From Sphyrna mokarran (Eukaryota), in the NCBI GenBank assembly GCA_024679065.1, contig JAGIQG010000016.1:12648001-12712000 (forward strand): a DNA stretch of 64,000 nt, given 5' to 3'. The translations under genes and the position numbers were made by a program. The notes below the pieces were generated by a model, which saw only the letters and a list, made by a program, of their open reading frames with translations, was not told the DNA's origin and searched no databases. Shown here in pieces: positions 37,996 through 50,390 of this stretch (positions within the stretch are counted from its first letter, which is position 1; each line of letters begins with the position of its first letter).

Positions 37996-40811
37996 GAGAA
38001 TAAGTATAAATAGATTTTCATTCATTCACTCGCTCAAGCCTGGGATGGTCTCCAAAAAGTATATTCAAACGATGATGAACTCATACGTACACTCAGTGAG
38101 GCAAATACTGAAAAGCTAATGCAACATGCAGCATATTGAATAGATTACATGCTTAATAACACAGGCTTTCAAATCTTCATGCTGTGCTTCTGTTCCATGC
38201 ATCCTATCAGCGCACTAATCCTCCACGTCCCTCCTGAATAATCTCCTCCCGAGCCCGTTATATTGATAACTTCACTCACACATGATCAGTCAATCAGCCA
38301 TACACAATCATCTCGATTTACCATGTTCTAGAATCAATTGTTCTTGTTATTACGTGCAGAGGACTGTGAGTCGCTCAAACTTGGTTTTGAAAAGGAATAC
38401 TGAATCTTAACATGAATTCAATGCATTTAAAACTGAACAGATGAAGGAATGAACCTGATTGCAGCGAATAAATGTTCCCTAACTAGTATCTCAATTCATC
38501 GGAAATACTCGCTGAATGGTCGGAGAAAAAATGTGAAATAAACAAAATGTCAATTTTCTGCCAACGAGAAAGGCATTTTTTGTTTTTTTATCTGGTGAAG
38601 TACTTTTTGATCTTAACTCTTCTTTCATTTTTTCCAGCTCTGAAACATTATCCATCATATTATTTCTTGTGTTTTTTTTCAGTTGTGTTAATCCGATGTC
38701 TACGTTGTCGTCGAAATAAATTACACGGCAGTTAATCTTCACTATTCCCAATAGTTTTCAACAAGTTTAGGTTGCGTGTACAAATTATGAAATACGTTTT
38801 CTTTAAATCAATATTCCCTTCAACAAATTAAGCAAAACAAAAATGAAGAAACATTTTGGCATTGAGCCAAAACTTCATTTGAATAGTCAGACCATAATTT
38901 GATCCTGAACGGAAAACTCGATGCAAAGTTATAATGAAATGTCATATGCTGATTTCAACGAGAGATTCTTGAATAGCTCACACAGGTCTCTCATTCAAAA
39001 AATCATTCTCTATAAATGTGAAAGTGAGTACCAGAGTGTACATCTGTCGCTGAGAAATGCGTACGATTTTCAGAAACAAGATTCTATTATTTTACCAGAA
39101 TATGTACCTAATATTGATGACAGTTGATAGTTGGGCTTCATTTTTTTCAGGCGAAGGAAAGTACGAAAACTAATATCCCTGGTTGCAGAAAACAAGGAAA
39201 CTAATTCGGGGAGATGGAAATTGATTTAAAAAGGTAAACATAGGAGAGGACATGAAAAGCGCATTCTGTTCGTGATGTTCAGTGTACGATTGGCAACCGG
39301 AACTAGACATGTTAATTGGTGGAATCACAGGCAGCTCACAAAGCTATTGCAGCGTGTACTAATTATACTCTATCTTTCACGCGTGTCCTAGATGCTGAGA
39401 ATGGATACACTGAGTTGTCGTTAGTGGGAGCGTTAAATAAATTAAATGTTGAAATTATGTCTTAAAATTATCAACAACATGTGATAACATATTGCTGATT
39501 ATTGATCAATAGACAATTAATTGTTATTTTGCAAACTGTATGAAATAAAAGCAAAGGGAAATATTGTTTTTGTCCTCATTAATTTGACTTCGATTATCTG
39601 GTAATTGCAACGCAGGCTTTTTTTCCAGGCCTGTTATTATTTGTTTTGTTTTTGTTCTGAACGTCAGCACAAACATGTCCGTACTTCAATCGTTAATATG
39701 TTTCAAACATAGAACTTGATGAGAGCCTCATGCCAGCCCTCACAATGAACGAGGCATAACTTGCAATAATGTGGCGAAAATGTTTCCTGCGTACCAGATA
39801 CCCTGCGTGTTTTCAAAACAATGTGAGCAGGACTGTCTGTTGACAAACCACATGCCAAGATTAACTCTTCTTAGCCCCATACGGTTTTGTGTGCCCCGCC
39901 TGCCTCACGGAATTGTTATCTGTAAAGGGAAAAAAAGCAAATGTCAGCACTCGCCAACAACACGACGAAACTGTTTTATGTTAACTGCAGAGAAGGATTC
40001 ATTTGCTAAAAGTGGTGAATGTCAAGTATAATCCATTGTAATAATTTTTTGAACTTGAGCGATAGAATGGCTGATGTGACGTAGAATTTGTGTCGCCAAT
40101 ATTCTTAGCACGTTCGATCACTTAGAGGATGTTAATAGACAGAACATAATGGCACTCAGTGTGGCTCACCCAACTGAAGATTGCATTTGTCACCCTTTCA
40201 GAGCTACACATATAATTTTACAGCTGATCAGAGGCTAACATATAGAAAATGCCTAGATTTTTTTTTTCTCTTTCCCACGTGAAAGAAAAATTCTGCAGGA
40301 TTAATTTGCCATCCTCTTTCAAGGCATTCAGTTTTGCTGCAATAAAATATCGGTAAATTAGTTTCATGATAGGTAAGTTATATCAGTTGAATTTCACTTA
40401 TCCTTAATTTTAACGTGAATGTAACAATTCAGTTAGAACACTTGTTCTTACAATAAAAAAATAGAAAGGATCAAATAAGTTCCGGGAATGTGACTAAATG
40501 TCATTTAGTCTTCCATTTCTGGATTCGCCCAGAAGCACATCATCACATTGGGAATGTCTGAATCCATATCCTCCAGTTTCGCTTCATGGTGACCGGTCTT
40601 TGATGAATTGTGCATCTGCTTTCAACATTCTGTATTTATGCAGGAGAAATACACTCCGAACTCTGGCGTTCACACGTCACCTTTAACATTGATGCTAAAA
40701 GATTGTTTCTTTGACTAAATATGTCACTGATTTTTGCATATTTACCTGATCAATAACTGCATATGTTTGACGGTGATAGTTATTCGCAGAGCAAATCCGA
40801 TGACTTAATTG

Positions 40812-41040
40812 AACGGCACTTGGCACAGTAGGTAGCACTGCTGTTTCACAGCACCAGGGACTTGCATTTGATTCCCAGCTTGGGTCACTGTTTGTATGGA
40901 CTTCGCACATGATTCCCTGGTATGTTCCCTCTAGGTGCTCCTGTTTCCTCCCACAGTCGAGAATTTGTACTGATTAGTTGAATTGACCTCAGCGGGTGTC
41001 TTACTGTGGTGAATAGGGAGATTTCACAGGAATTCCATTG
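40812..41040 (+). mobile_element. HE1-like tRNA-derived SINE
   Basis: Head 'GGCACAGTAGGTAGCACTGCTGTTTCACAGCACCAGGGAC...TTGATTCCC' plus central domain 'GTTTCCTCCCACAGTC'. Confidence 0.85.
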
Positions 41041-41521
41041 TTGATAATGCAAGCCTTGCTTATAACTAATAAATATAGTCCAAAAAAACTCAGACCCCGC
41101 CGAATAGAACCGCAAAAATTTGCGAGTTTCATAACGTTTCTTTATTTAAGTCATTGCACGCGCCTTTATAAAACATATAAAACTCTGTTGACTCAATTTG
41201 ACAATGCAGATTGACTTAAAACTGTGTTTCCAGTCAATTTGCGGAAATTGCTGTCAAAGTTTGCATTTCTAGAGGCAAAAGAGTAAAAATCAGAGTTAAT
41301 ATTTGGAGTTCACATGAATTTGTCATATCGAATTTGTAACATTCCTATCTGTTTCTACAGATGCGGACAGATGTGCTGCGAGTTTGCTAGCGTGGCCTGA
41401 TTTGGTTGCAGATTTCCAGTAGTTAAAAGGTTTTCATGGCACCAATTTAGCCTTCATTTAATATCAAGATGTCGGCTCGGAATTAACAACAGCCACACAG
41501 GGTGATGAGGAAGATCGACGT

Positions 41522-41563
41522 ATTGTGTTAATGGTGTTAATTGTGTTAATTGTGTTAATTGTG

Positions 41564-41599
<36 letters not shown>
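41522..41599. repeat. (ATTGTGTTA)x5 nonamer minisatellite followed by (AT)n
   Basis: Directly visible. Confidence 0.95.
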
Positions 41600-41602
<3 letters not shown>

Positions 41603-42779
41603 AGAGGAACTGAAAGAAAATCTAAGAAAATTACATCTCTGGGATAGGGCAGCACATTGGAGGGGGGCGGGGGGAAGCAGTGTGGGAGGCAGCGAGTGTG
41701 TAAGTTGTGTATGCTTATCCAGAGCGATAAACTGGTGGAAACTGAACTACACTTTTCTCAAGCTCTGAACACACGTCCCCTTGCAATTCACAGTGAACAT
41801 AGGGCTGCGTGTCAGCAGGTGCCCACGTCTTCAAAAAAAGTGTGACGAATACAGCATAAACACAATTTCACCTGTCAAAGATATGAAAAACAAACTGTGT
41901 ATTGGAGCAGGTGCTAAACGTTATTGGAAATTTAAGGAAGTAGGCAGGACATCATGCGAGGTTACATGTTTCCGAGGCTTTCTTATTGGACCGATCGAAG
42001 ATTGTTTTTACCTAACGCAAGCCAAAAGGAAATATGTGCCCCTCGTTTAAACCTACGAGAATCAATACTTCAGTTGGGCACTGGGTGAGCTGGGCATTAT
42101 AAAATGACAATAAGAAACAACATCCAGTGGGGGAAAAAAAACAGAAACGACAATAAATGCGACTTCAAGAAGCAGCGATTCCCGAAATTCCTATCTCAAC
42201 TATATGTGCATTGGTGTTATTTGGACCGAGCGGTTGGTGCAATGGAGGAAAGAATGTTTTGTTCCTTGGTTTCAGGCGTCTTTGGGAGACTTATATGTAT
42301 CATTTGTTCAATCTGACAGTGATTCCTCTTTAGGTATTCCCGGAACTTTCCCGTTAAACTTAAATGGTTGCTAAAATTTGCTAAGAGTCTATTTAAAACA
42401 AAACTAAAATGAAAAAAAAAAATGCACTTGGAGTGCAATTCGAGCAGGTCTTTGAAACTCACTGGCGGGGGCTATATGTTGGAGACAGTGGAGAAGGGTA
42501 GGGGGGACATAGACTGTGAATGTTCATCCAGAGTGTCAATTTGCTAGAAAATGAGAAACACTGTCTTAAGAAACGAACGTCCCCGTGCCATTCACAGTGA
42601 AGTGTTGCAATCCATGTTTCTTTTAAATGCTGCTGACAATAATTTATTTGGCACCTGTCTGTTCATCCTTATAAATATGATTTCTGACATTTTTCTGGTC
42701 CATTCCATGTCTCATAGCTCTTTCATTCCTGATATATTTATGAAGACTTTGTGATTCCCTTTAATATTAGATTTCAGAC

Positions 42780-45560
42780 CACATTGGTGGAAGTCACTTG
42801 TATTCTTAAATTTGGACGGCTTTGCAAGATTTAAATTGATTGTTACTCTGATGGAGACAGAAGGTCACTTCACAACCTGCCGTAAGTATCTAACAGCCTG
42901 ATACAGCCATAAAATAACGCATTGCCCCTGCATTGTCTCAAGTCGAACGGTCACTGTGAATCTGATCCACTTCATCCAGTCACACACACACAGCTCTATT
43001 CCCACTGCATCTCTCCTCCTAGACCGAACCTGCATCACAATGCCTCTCTGGCTTTAGTCCGACTGTCCCTGCATGCACCTAACGAATCTTGTTCAGGCCA
43101 ATCCTCTCCCACCCTACTTAAACCCGAATGGTCTATGCATCAGGCCTTTCTGTCAACAGTCGAACACCTACTCCAGGCCTCATACTGATTTTGACTCTGG
43201 GGCAATTCTTCTCTTTTTCGTCTTAATCGTGAACTACAGGCGCCGCTCGCTGGCTAGTAGTTATTGTCCTTCCTAATTGCCGGAAGGCGTTTTAGAGCCA
43301 AGCCCATTGATGCGGTTCTCGAGACAGATGTAGGGCAGACCAGGGAAGGACAATCAGTTTCCTTCCCGAAACAAGAAGGACAAATCAGTTTTTTTTTCAA
43401 CAATCGATAATTGCTTCACGGTCAACAATAGAATCTCGATTAGAGATTGTTTTCACTGAATTTTGATTCCACAATCTGCTGTGGCAGAATTCGAACCCAA
43501 ATCCCCAGAACATTGTTGAATTTCTGCATTAATGGTCTAGAGATAATATCGCTATGCTATGCCCTCCCCGATGTGATATGTTTCCCCGTCCCGTCTGCTT
43601 GGTTCATCTGTCAATGAAGTCCAACACTCCCGTCGATAACCCTCTCACCGTTTTGCAAACAGCGATGTTCCTTTACAATTCTGACAGCCTACTTTGTTAT
43701 AATTCAATTCTACTTCTCAGACAAACAGCCAATCGTGCTTCAACTTCTCCAGCTCTGATCCAACAAGACTCCAGATAGTTAAAACCCAACAAATTCAACC
43801 TACCAGTGCTGTCCAACAAGGATCTGCTTTGTTCAATTGCCCTTCATTCTCATTTTATGAACGCACACCTCCCCACCGAACTCGGGCTATTTTCCTCACC
43901 CCATTCCAACAGTTTCCTCTTCTGGTTTGAATATGTACGACCCTTTTAGTTTGATATCGTAACACGTCCCACCTTGAAACCCCCCTTAAATTTTCGTAAA
44001 ACCCTACTGAAGTTATTCTCCTTTAGATATTGTCTGAAAACCAGTTAGCTTTGTATCCATCCTTTCCAGCTTAACAAAGCAACGTTCCCCACCCTGGTCC
44101 AAAATCCACCTCCAGCTGTGTATTCCGTCTGATATTACAGCCCCTTGTACTCTGCGTCGACCCACTCCCTCTCTGCATAATCGCCCAGTTTTTTTTTAAT
44201 CTGTAGATGTTCTTTTTGTTGACTTCGACAAGCTGGTCACATTCTACCCGGTACCCCATCCCACTCAGGGAGGAATCAAATTCACACCACAACATCCCCG
44301 CTTCCTTTAAGGCACTAATGCCCTCTATCCAGCTCTTTCCAGGGGTTCCCATCTTCCAGAATCATTGTCTCACTTCCTGTCTTCCATCCCACTAGTTCTT
44401 GAATTGCTTAACAAAGGAAAATGCCTACGCATCTATTCATTTATACGCAGCCATTACAGCAGGCACAACTTCTAGATAAAGCCAAAATAAGTGACGTCGT
44501 TGCACATCAGTTACTCTGCACTTACGCTGCTAAGGACACGCTGCACATATTTCATTTTTTTTTTCCAGGCTGCGTCTAGATGTTTGGCCAAGGCAGGTAC
44601 TGCCGAATTACAGCAACGGCAATTATTTGTTGTCTGTTATTCAGATGGAGGTGGCCGTTATGCTGAAATTACAGGGAAGAAACTTGAGCTGGAATGTCGA
44701 AGCTTTGCGCTGCTAGCTACAGCTAATAATAATTTTTAAAAAAAAGAAATGTGGAAAAATAAGCCGACAAACATCAGATCCAGCGTCACTAATTATCTTC
44801 TCGTAGCAAGACGCATCATAACACACATATCTCAAATAAAGACTTCAACTCCATCTGTATACTTTCATAGACCAAGGCAAGCTCCAATCCTCTAGAATTG
44901 GTATCCCTCTCTAGCCAGCGGGGCTGCTCTGCATCTGACATCCCACAGCGGAGAACCTCCTTCCGCCTCTGCATCCACCGTGCGTCTGAAAAAAAAAACG
45001 CTGATTTGCGTAGCATTGGCACACGTTATCTCACGCTCCAATTACGATCTCAAACTTAACTCTACAGACACTTACCCTCCTTCACAACTGTCTTACTGCG
45101 TTCGCCTCAAAAAAAAATACGAGGAACGTGGTGAACTTCGGCCCTGGACCCGCGGTATGATTGGATCGACGCGTGACGTGGATTCCTCTCTGACAAAACC
45201 CCACCACACTATCCCTTACCGTGCCTCAGTTGGGAAACACCACTGACAAAATCTGAACACTTCCCATTCCAGGTTGGGGGGCAGGTCCCTCCTGTTCGGT
45301 TCGGCCAGCCGCATCCCCTGTTCCATGCGTAAAGTTCTGGGGTCAAGCAAACACATAGCGTCCTGCCTGTCAAACCCAATAACCTTCGAAAATCTATCTG
45401 CCCCTCTTCTGCATTCTTGATGTTATACTCCACACGGCAGCGCATCTGACTCTTGGTCACCATAGCCCACCAGTTTCTCCTATGCAATATCCTCTCATCA
45501 TCCTGCAAATTAATTCTGCCGACAATTTGGGCATCCTATCTTTTCTTGCTTTCGTTCCTA
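42780..45560 (-). mobile_element. Possible decayed retrovirus-like/LTR gag-pro remnant, interrupted by a SINE and other sequence
   Basis: Purine-rich minus strand with ORF remnants (45209-45508, 44071-44352), a protease-like 'LLDST' at ~43815 and a weak RT N-terminal-like stretch at ~42800-42900. Motif support is weak. Confidence 0.3.
43250..43570 (-). mobile_element. tRNA-derived SINE, second family
   Basis: Minus-strand head 'GGGGAGGGCATAGCATAGCGATATT...GGGTTCGAATTCTGCC' with Pol III A/B boxes. Its 3' end resembles the LINE tail at ~200-240. Confidence 0.75.
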
Positions 45561-46299
45561 ATTTTCATTCCCCCATCCCAACTGCCCAGGAAATACGGAA
45601 ATTAGAAGTTTTCTCTTCCATTATTTCGGTAAATAGCATCATTATGGAAGATCCTGCTGTAAAATGCGTGAGTGTTTTTCATCGTTATGTTCATTTAGTT
45701 ATGTTTGATACAGCTGAGACACGCTGCAAAAAGCTTGCTTGGTGATTTTTCGTCGATTTTTTTTGTTGAAATTACAGTGATAGATGTATACAACATTGTA
45801 CCATAAAACAGTTCCATGGCATCACTTCAACATGTAACACAGTGACACAATTTGCTGGATAAAGTGCATAATTCATTTCAGAAATGAAAACCATTTCTTT
45901 GTGATGAGGTGGGTTGAAATATTTCCATTTCGCTCTCTCACGTGTTCCGCAGTCAATGTTCAAGATGTTGTCAAAGGAATGGAATTGTGGCATAGTCGCA
46001 GGCACTGCTGTCTCACATCGCCAGTATAAGGGGAGGCACTAATAGGTTGAAAATTAATGCGCGCAACACAATTAGACATTAGCCCAACTATAACTCAAAT
46101 TATAGATGTAGGTGATTCAACGGGAAACGACTATTTGATTTTGCGAACATGGCTATGAAAACAGAATCCAAAAATTATCGTAAACCTCAAATACAGATTG
46201 ATCAGACGCAACCAAGTTTCTTAAAATGTGTTCTCTCTGAGGAAAGCAAGTAACATATTACTGAAGACTGCTGAAGCAGCCCCACGAAAATAAAAATCA

Positions 46300-47900
46300 G
46301 TGTGAAAAAGACAAAGTAACAAAGAGAAGTTATCATATACAAATGTTTTGCGCAAAAATTGGGGACAGATTAGAGAAGCCCAATTTCCCAAGAAGGCAAA
46401 TTCATCAACCGAAGTTCAAATCCAGAAATCCGGAGGAACACAACATTTGCCAAAGACAGTATTTCAGATTTCAGCAGCAGAATTATAGAATATCTTCAAT
46501 CTCAAATGACAAGTGATAGATCTCGAACTACACACAGAGATTCCTGAATGCATGTAGAAACATTTTCAGAGAGTCACAACTGCACGATGTTGGTAGACAG
46601 CTGGGCATCTCTGTCTATGACGGATTTAAATTTGCCGACATATGATCGGAAAATATGATTGCAAGGAGTAAGCGAGGAGATTAAGATTCAGTTATTGACT
46701 GAACTTACTGGGTGAAGAACAGGTCTTGACTTGTACATGTTCGACGGAGGACGAAACCAATTTAGGGACACACGTGTTGTAACAATTAGGACGTATAATT
46801 GACACCAAAGCACGTAATCTATGGTTGTTTAGGTGTACTGGCGACATTAATGGATGCAGCAGAAAAGTTGCAATGTCTCTAGAATATCCATATCTCGGAT
46901 AAAAAAAAAATGGAACAATACCGGAAAAGTTGGCTGCACTGTACCGTCAGTGTTTGGCCGAATACAAAGAGAATCGTGGGTCTTCCGATGTCCCTCTGAT
47001 AACGGTTCCCAGGAAATTCATCCGCCACATCAGCAATATGCGACCAAATGACAAGCGATGGAGGCAGTGAAAACGTGATTGCAGATCAGAAAAGCAACAC
47101 GTAGTAATCAAAATCACTTCTGAGGCGCATTCACCCGTTAGGCCAGTAAGGAAGCCAAATGACAACTGTCGATTAACATTTGATTAGACAGCTTTATTCA
47201 TTATTCGACTCGAGTGCACACCATGTTGACGAATCCTTCGAACATCCTGGACACTATTCGCATACAGCAGACCGTGTTTACAACACTGTATATAGCCAAT
47301 GAATGTTGATCGATTTCTGTAAATGGCCAATACCTCATTTAAAAGGATTCTGTAAGTTTGCACTGACGCTCGCAAATCAGCAATAGACTTGGACACGTCT
47401 CTACAGGTATTCCATAATAGTACAGAGAATATGTTTTTTTTAAAAAAAAACAGAATATGGGACTGCCACAATAAGATCATTTTAGTGTTAATGAAAGCCT
47501 ACTTCTGACAGGAATAAATAAACTAATGTGCTACAATTGGCCAGAGGTTTCAAAGTTGTTAGTGGGTTCAAATTTGGCATTAATAATATCTTTCCTGGAA
47601 GTTTAGCAGCCAGGCAATAAATGTCGTTCGTTTACCACTAGCAAATTATTGACAACGCGCGAAAGCAACATCTAGATGGTATTTTTTCTTCCATGAGAAG
47701 CCCCGAGTCCCATTTGTACGACCTTCAGTTGTTGCTCAATCATTCCTGAGCGACAACAATTCAGTCAAGTCATATGAACGTGCAATGGTGGTACATTCAG
47801 ATACAGCATCTTCACCAATGAAATTATTGGCAGCAGGATTCCCAGTCATGAAAGTATATGGGTTTATTTGGGGGATGGTGAGGACGATGTCAGACCTGCA
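46300..47900 (+). mobile_element. Decayed endogenous retrovirus-like gag-pro-pol fragment
   Basis: Zinc-knuckle-like remnant (~46340); protease site 'TMLVDSWASLS' (46584-46616, a DSG-type site with G>W); RT 'PPHQQY', 'HSPVRPVRKPNDNCRLTFD', 'FTTLYIAN', 'KFALT..QQ*TWTRL..FHNS' (47020-47420). Confidence 0.75.
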
Positions 47901-50055
47901 CAAACGTCTACCTTCCGTGGACCACTAGAGGCACCCATCATGATTTGACACCTTAGAATGTGCTTGTAGGCCGAAACAGTACAAATGACAGTTACAAGGC
48001 ACAAGAGACTTTGATGGGTCAAATCAGGTCACAGAGGGAAAATGCTGATCCAAAGTCACGTTCAGAAGTAGTATTTTTCCATGGCGATTTTCATTCACAA
48101 TCGACATGATTAAATTTTAAGTCTTCCTTTAACCTGGGATTTCTGGATAAAAACAGACCTGCCAGAATTAGCAAACAATGAGCAAACGCTCACGATTTTG
48201 AATTACCACTGGAAGAGAGAGAGAACGCGCGCGCACCATAATTCCCACGGCCCCGTGCATTTCCTCGTCGTCCTACGGAAAAAAAAAAAATACTTTCATA
48301 TGGTTCACCTGAGCTCGTATTACTAAAGTACTCGTCCCTTTAGATATAGAGCAGACTGGGGTAGTCCGGATCCGTTTTTCAAGTTGCGCGAAAGTATATA
48401 TACAACATATTCTTACTGGTAAAATATGCTCTGCGCTTAAATCTACATCGAAAACTCCTTTTCTCAGGCCTGAAAATGTCCTCCGTCTCATATTGTTGAT
48501 TCGAGATTTGCCCGTGGATGGAGACTAGAAATGTCAGCGTTTAAAGATTTCTACCCGGCTTTTACTTTCCAGGATTGACCACCAACAAACGCTCTCTTCA
48601 TCCTCTCCTCCGATCCCTCCCCGCCCCTGGATCCAGGTACATTTTATATTTTAAGAGACTGCTCCTCGAAGAATGCGATTATTAAAGTTTTTTTTTTGTC
48701 CAGGCAATGTATCATTATTCAGAAATTCTTCCACATAGCATTTTTTTTTCGAATATAGCGAGTTATCCTCCAGAGAGCGTGTACTTTGAAATTGTCCGAA
48801 GGTAATGTGTAATGTAAATATGTAATATTTATTTTCACAAGTACTTTGTAGTGGTTTTCATGTTGCTGTCGGGATCATCTCAATTGGTCGAAAACAAAGA
48901 CAAGGATTTGATCTCAACTTGATCGTTTTGATGTGCAGCAAAATGTTGTTTTCACATCATTTGATGAAAAGTAATATTTTACTGTTGCTAACAGAGGGAT
49001 CTCGTCATTTGAACGATACACCTTTTAAACAGGATTTTTTGACTGAATTGCCCATGACGTACATTTATGTTCTAGCATTTATTTCTCACTAATAACCCTG
49101 TGATTGAAATAAAACTCATGAATGAAGGAAATGCTTGATGAGCCTTGCCTGCTACCTGAATTCATTCGTAATTTTGGGGCTACACATAAATGTGTCCATG
49201 CCATTTCTACTCAGAATATTAGTTATGTTGTTGCTTTCTCGGTTCAGTATTTTATTAGTTTCTATTTCGGTTCTGGTAATACTTCAGTTACGTGCTATTT
49301 TCGAGGGAAATGTGCCCATTCTGATGCAGAGTTGAGTGTTTCATAGTTCCTAAACCTATGCGAAAGAAAAGAGTTTCTTACATTCAACTGCACTCCAGTC
49401 AGAATAGGTATCTCGTTGGAGCCTTTTGAACAGTTTCAGTTATATCTAAGTTACCTTATAATCAGACAGTATGTGACAGTAAGGGACAGAGATAGAGAAA
49501 ATTGTAAGTGAGCGATTGGTTGTGGTTGAAAGAGAGGGAGAGAGATTTAGATGAAGTTGCGTATAGGAAGATGGAGGGAATGTCTGAACATGTATTCGAG
49601 TGACTTTAGGAAACTGGTTGAGTATGTGTGAATGCGATAGATTTTGCACGTACATGATCTAGAAACATTTGCAGGCTTGGTGCGTGAGCTGAATTTTCAG
49701 TCGTCTATTGGAAGATATTCGAGAGTATGAATGACTGAGACTGTGCACACAATTAGAATTGATTTTGCTTCAAAGTTAATGAAAACACTGCATCAAGTCC
49801 AGAACTGAAATTTCAAATGCAGTTCAAATGGTGGTGTGGGAAGCGTGGGGAGTGCGGACGCGTGGTGGGATGGTGTACACTAAATAGATTAAATTTAAGA
49901 TTAGAGAGAGGTATGATCTGACATAAGACATCGTCTGAGCATTGACATGCTAGGAGTTCTTCCTGACTTTGACATATACTTGCAAAGAATTAATTATTAG
50001 TTAAATTGACAGTGAACAATCATGCTATTTTTTTTTGCCTGCTCAATTTTTTTTT

Positions 50056-50390
50056 AAGAGCAACACAGCACGGGAAACAGGCCCTTCGGCCCAACGAGCC
50101 CGAGCCGCCGTCATAACTATATAGTAGCAATTCCATTATCCTATTATAGATTTAGGTTATTCCTAATATGGAAGACTCTCACTATAGGGACAATTTGTTT
50201 CCCAATCAGCCTAAGAGCGAAGTTTTTGGTTGTGGGAGGAAACCGGAGTGCCCGGAGAAAACCCACGCAACCACGGGGAGAACGCGCAAACTCCCGCAGA
50301 CACCGGCCCAATTCCAAGTGTCTGCACAGCCACATCGATAGTCTCTGAGCTGTCATGGTGCCCTTCAGATGGTCCACATAAAGCACTCAC
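50056..50390 (-). mobile_element. 5'-truncated copy of the composite CR1 3' UTR / SINE-like element
   Basis: Same tail (CAGGCCCTTCGGCCCAACGAGCCCGAGCCGCC), central SINE domain and 'TCAGATGGTCCA' extension as 12470-12967. Confidence 0.9.

Noticed and set aside
41770-42625. Two similar 25-nt motifs (ACGTCCCC.TGC.ATTCACAGTGAA at ~41773 and ~42577) containing the RSS heptamer CACAGTG
   Set aside because: No ACAAAAACC-like nonamer at 12 or 23 nt spacing and no V, D or J coding segment nearby. Probably a small local duplication.
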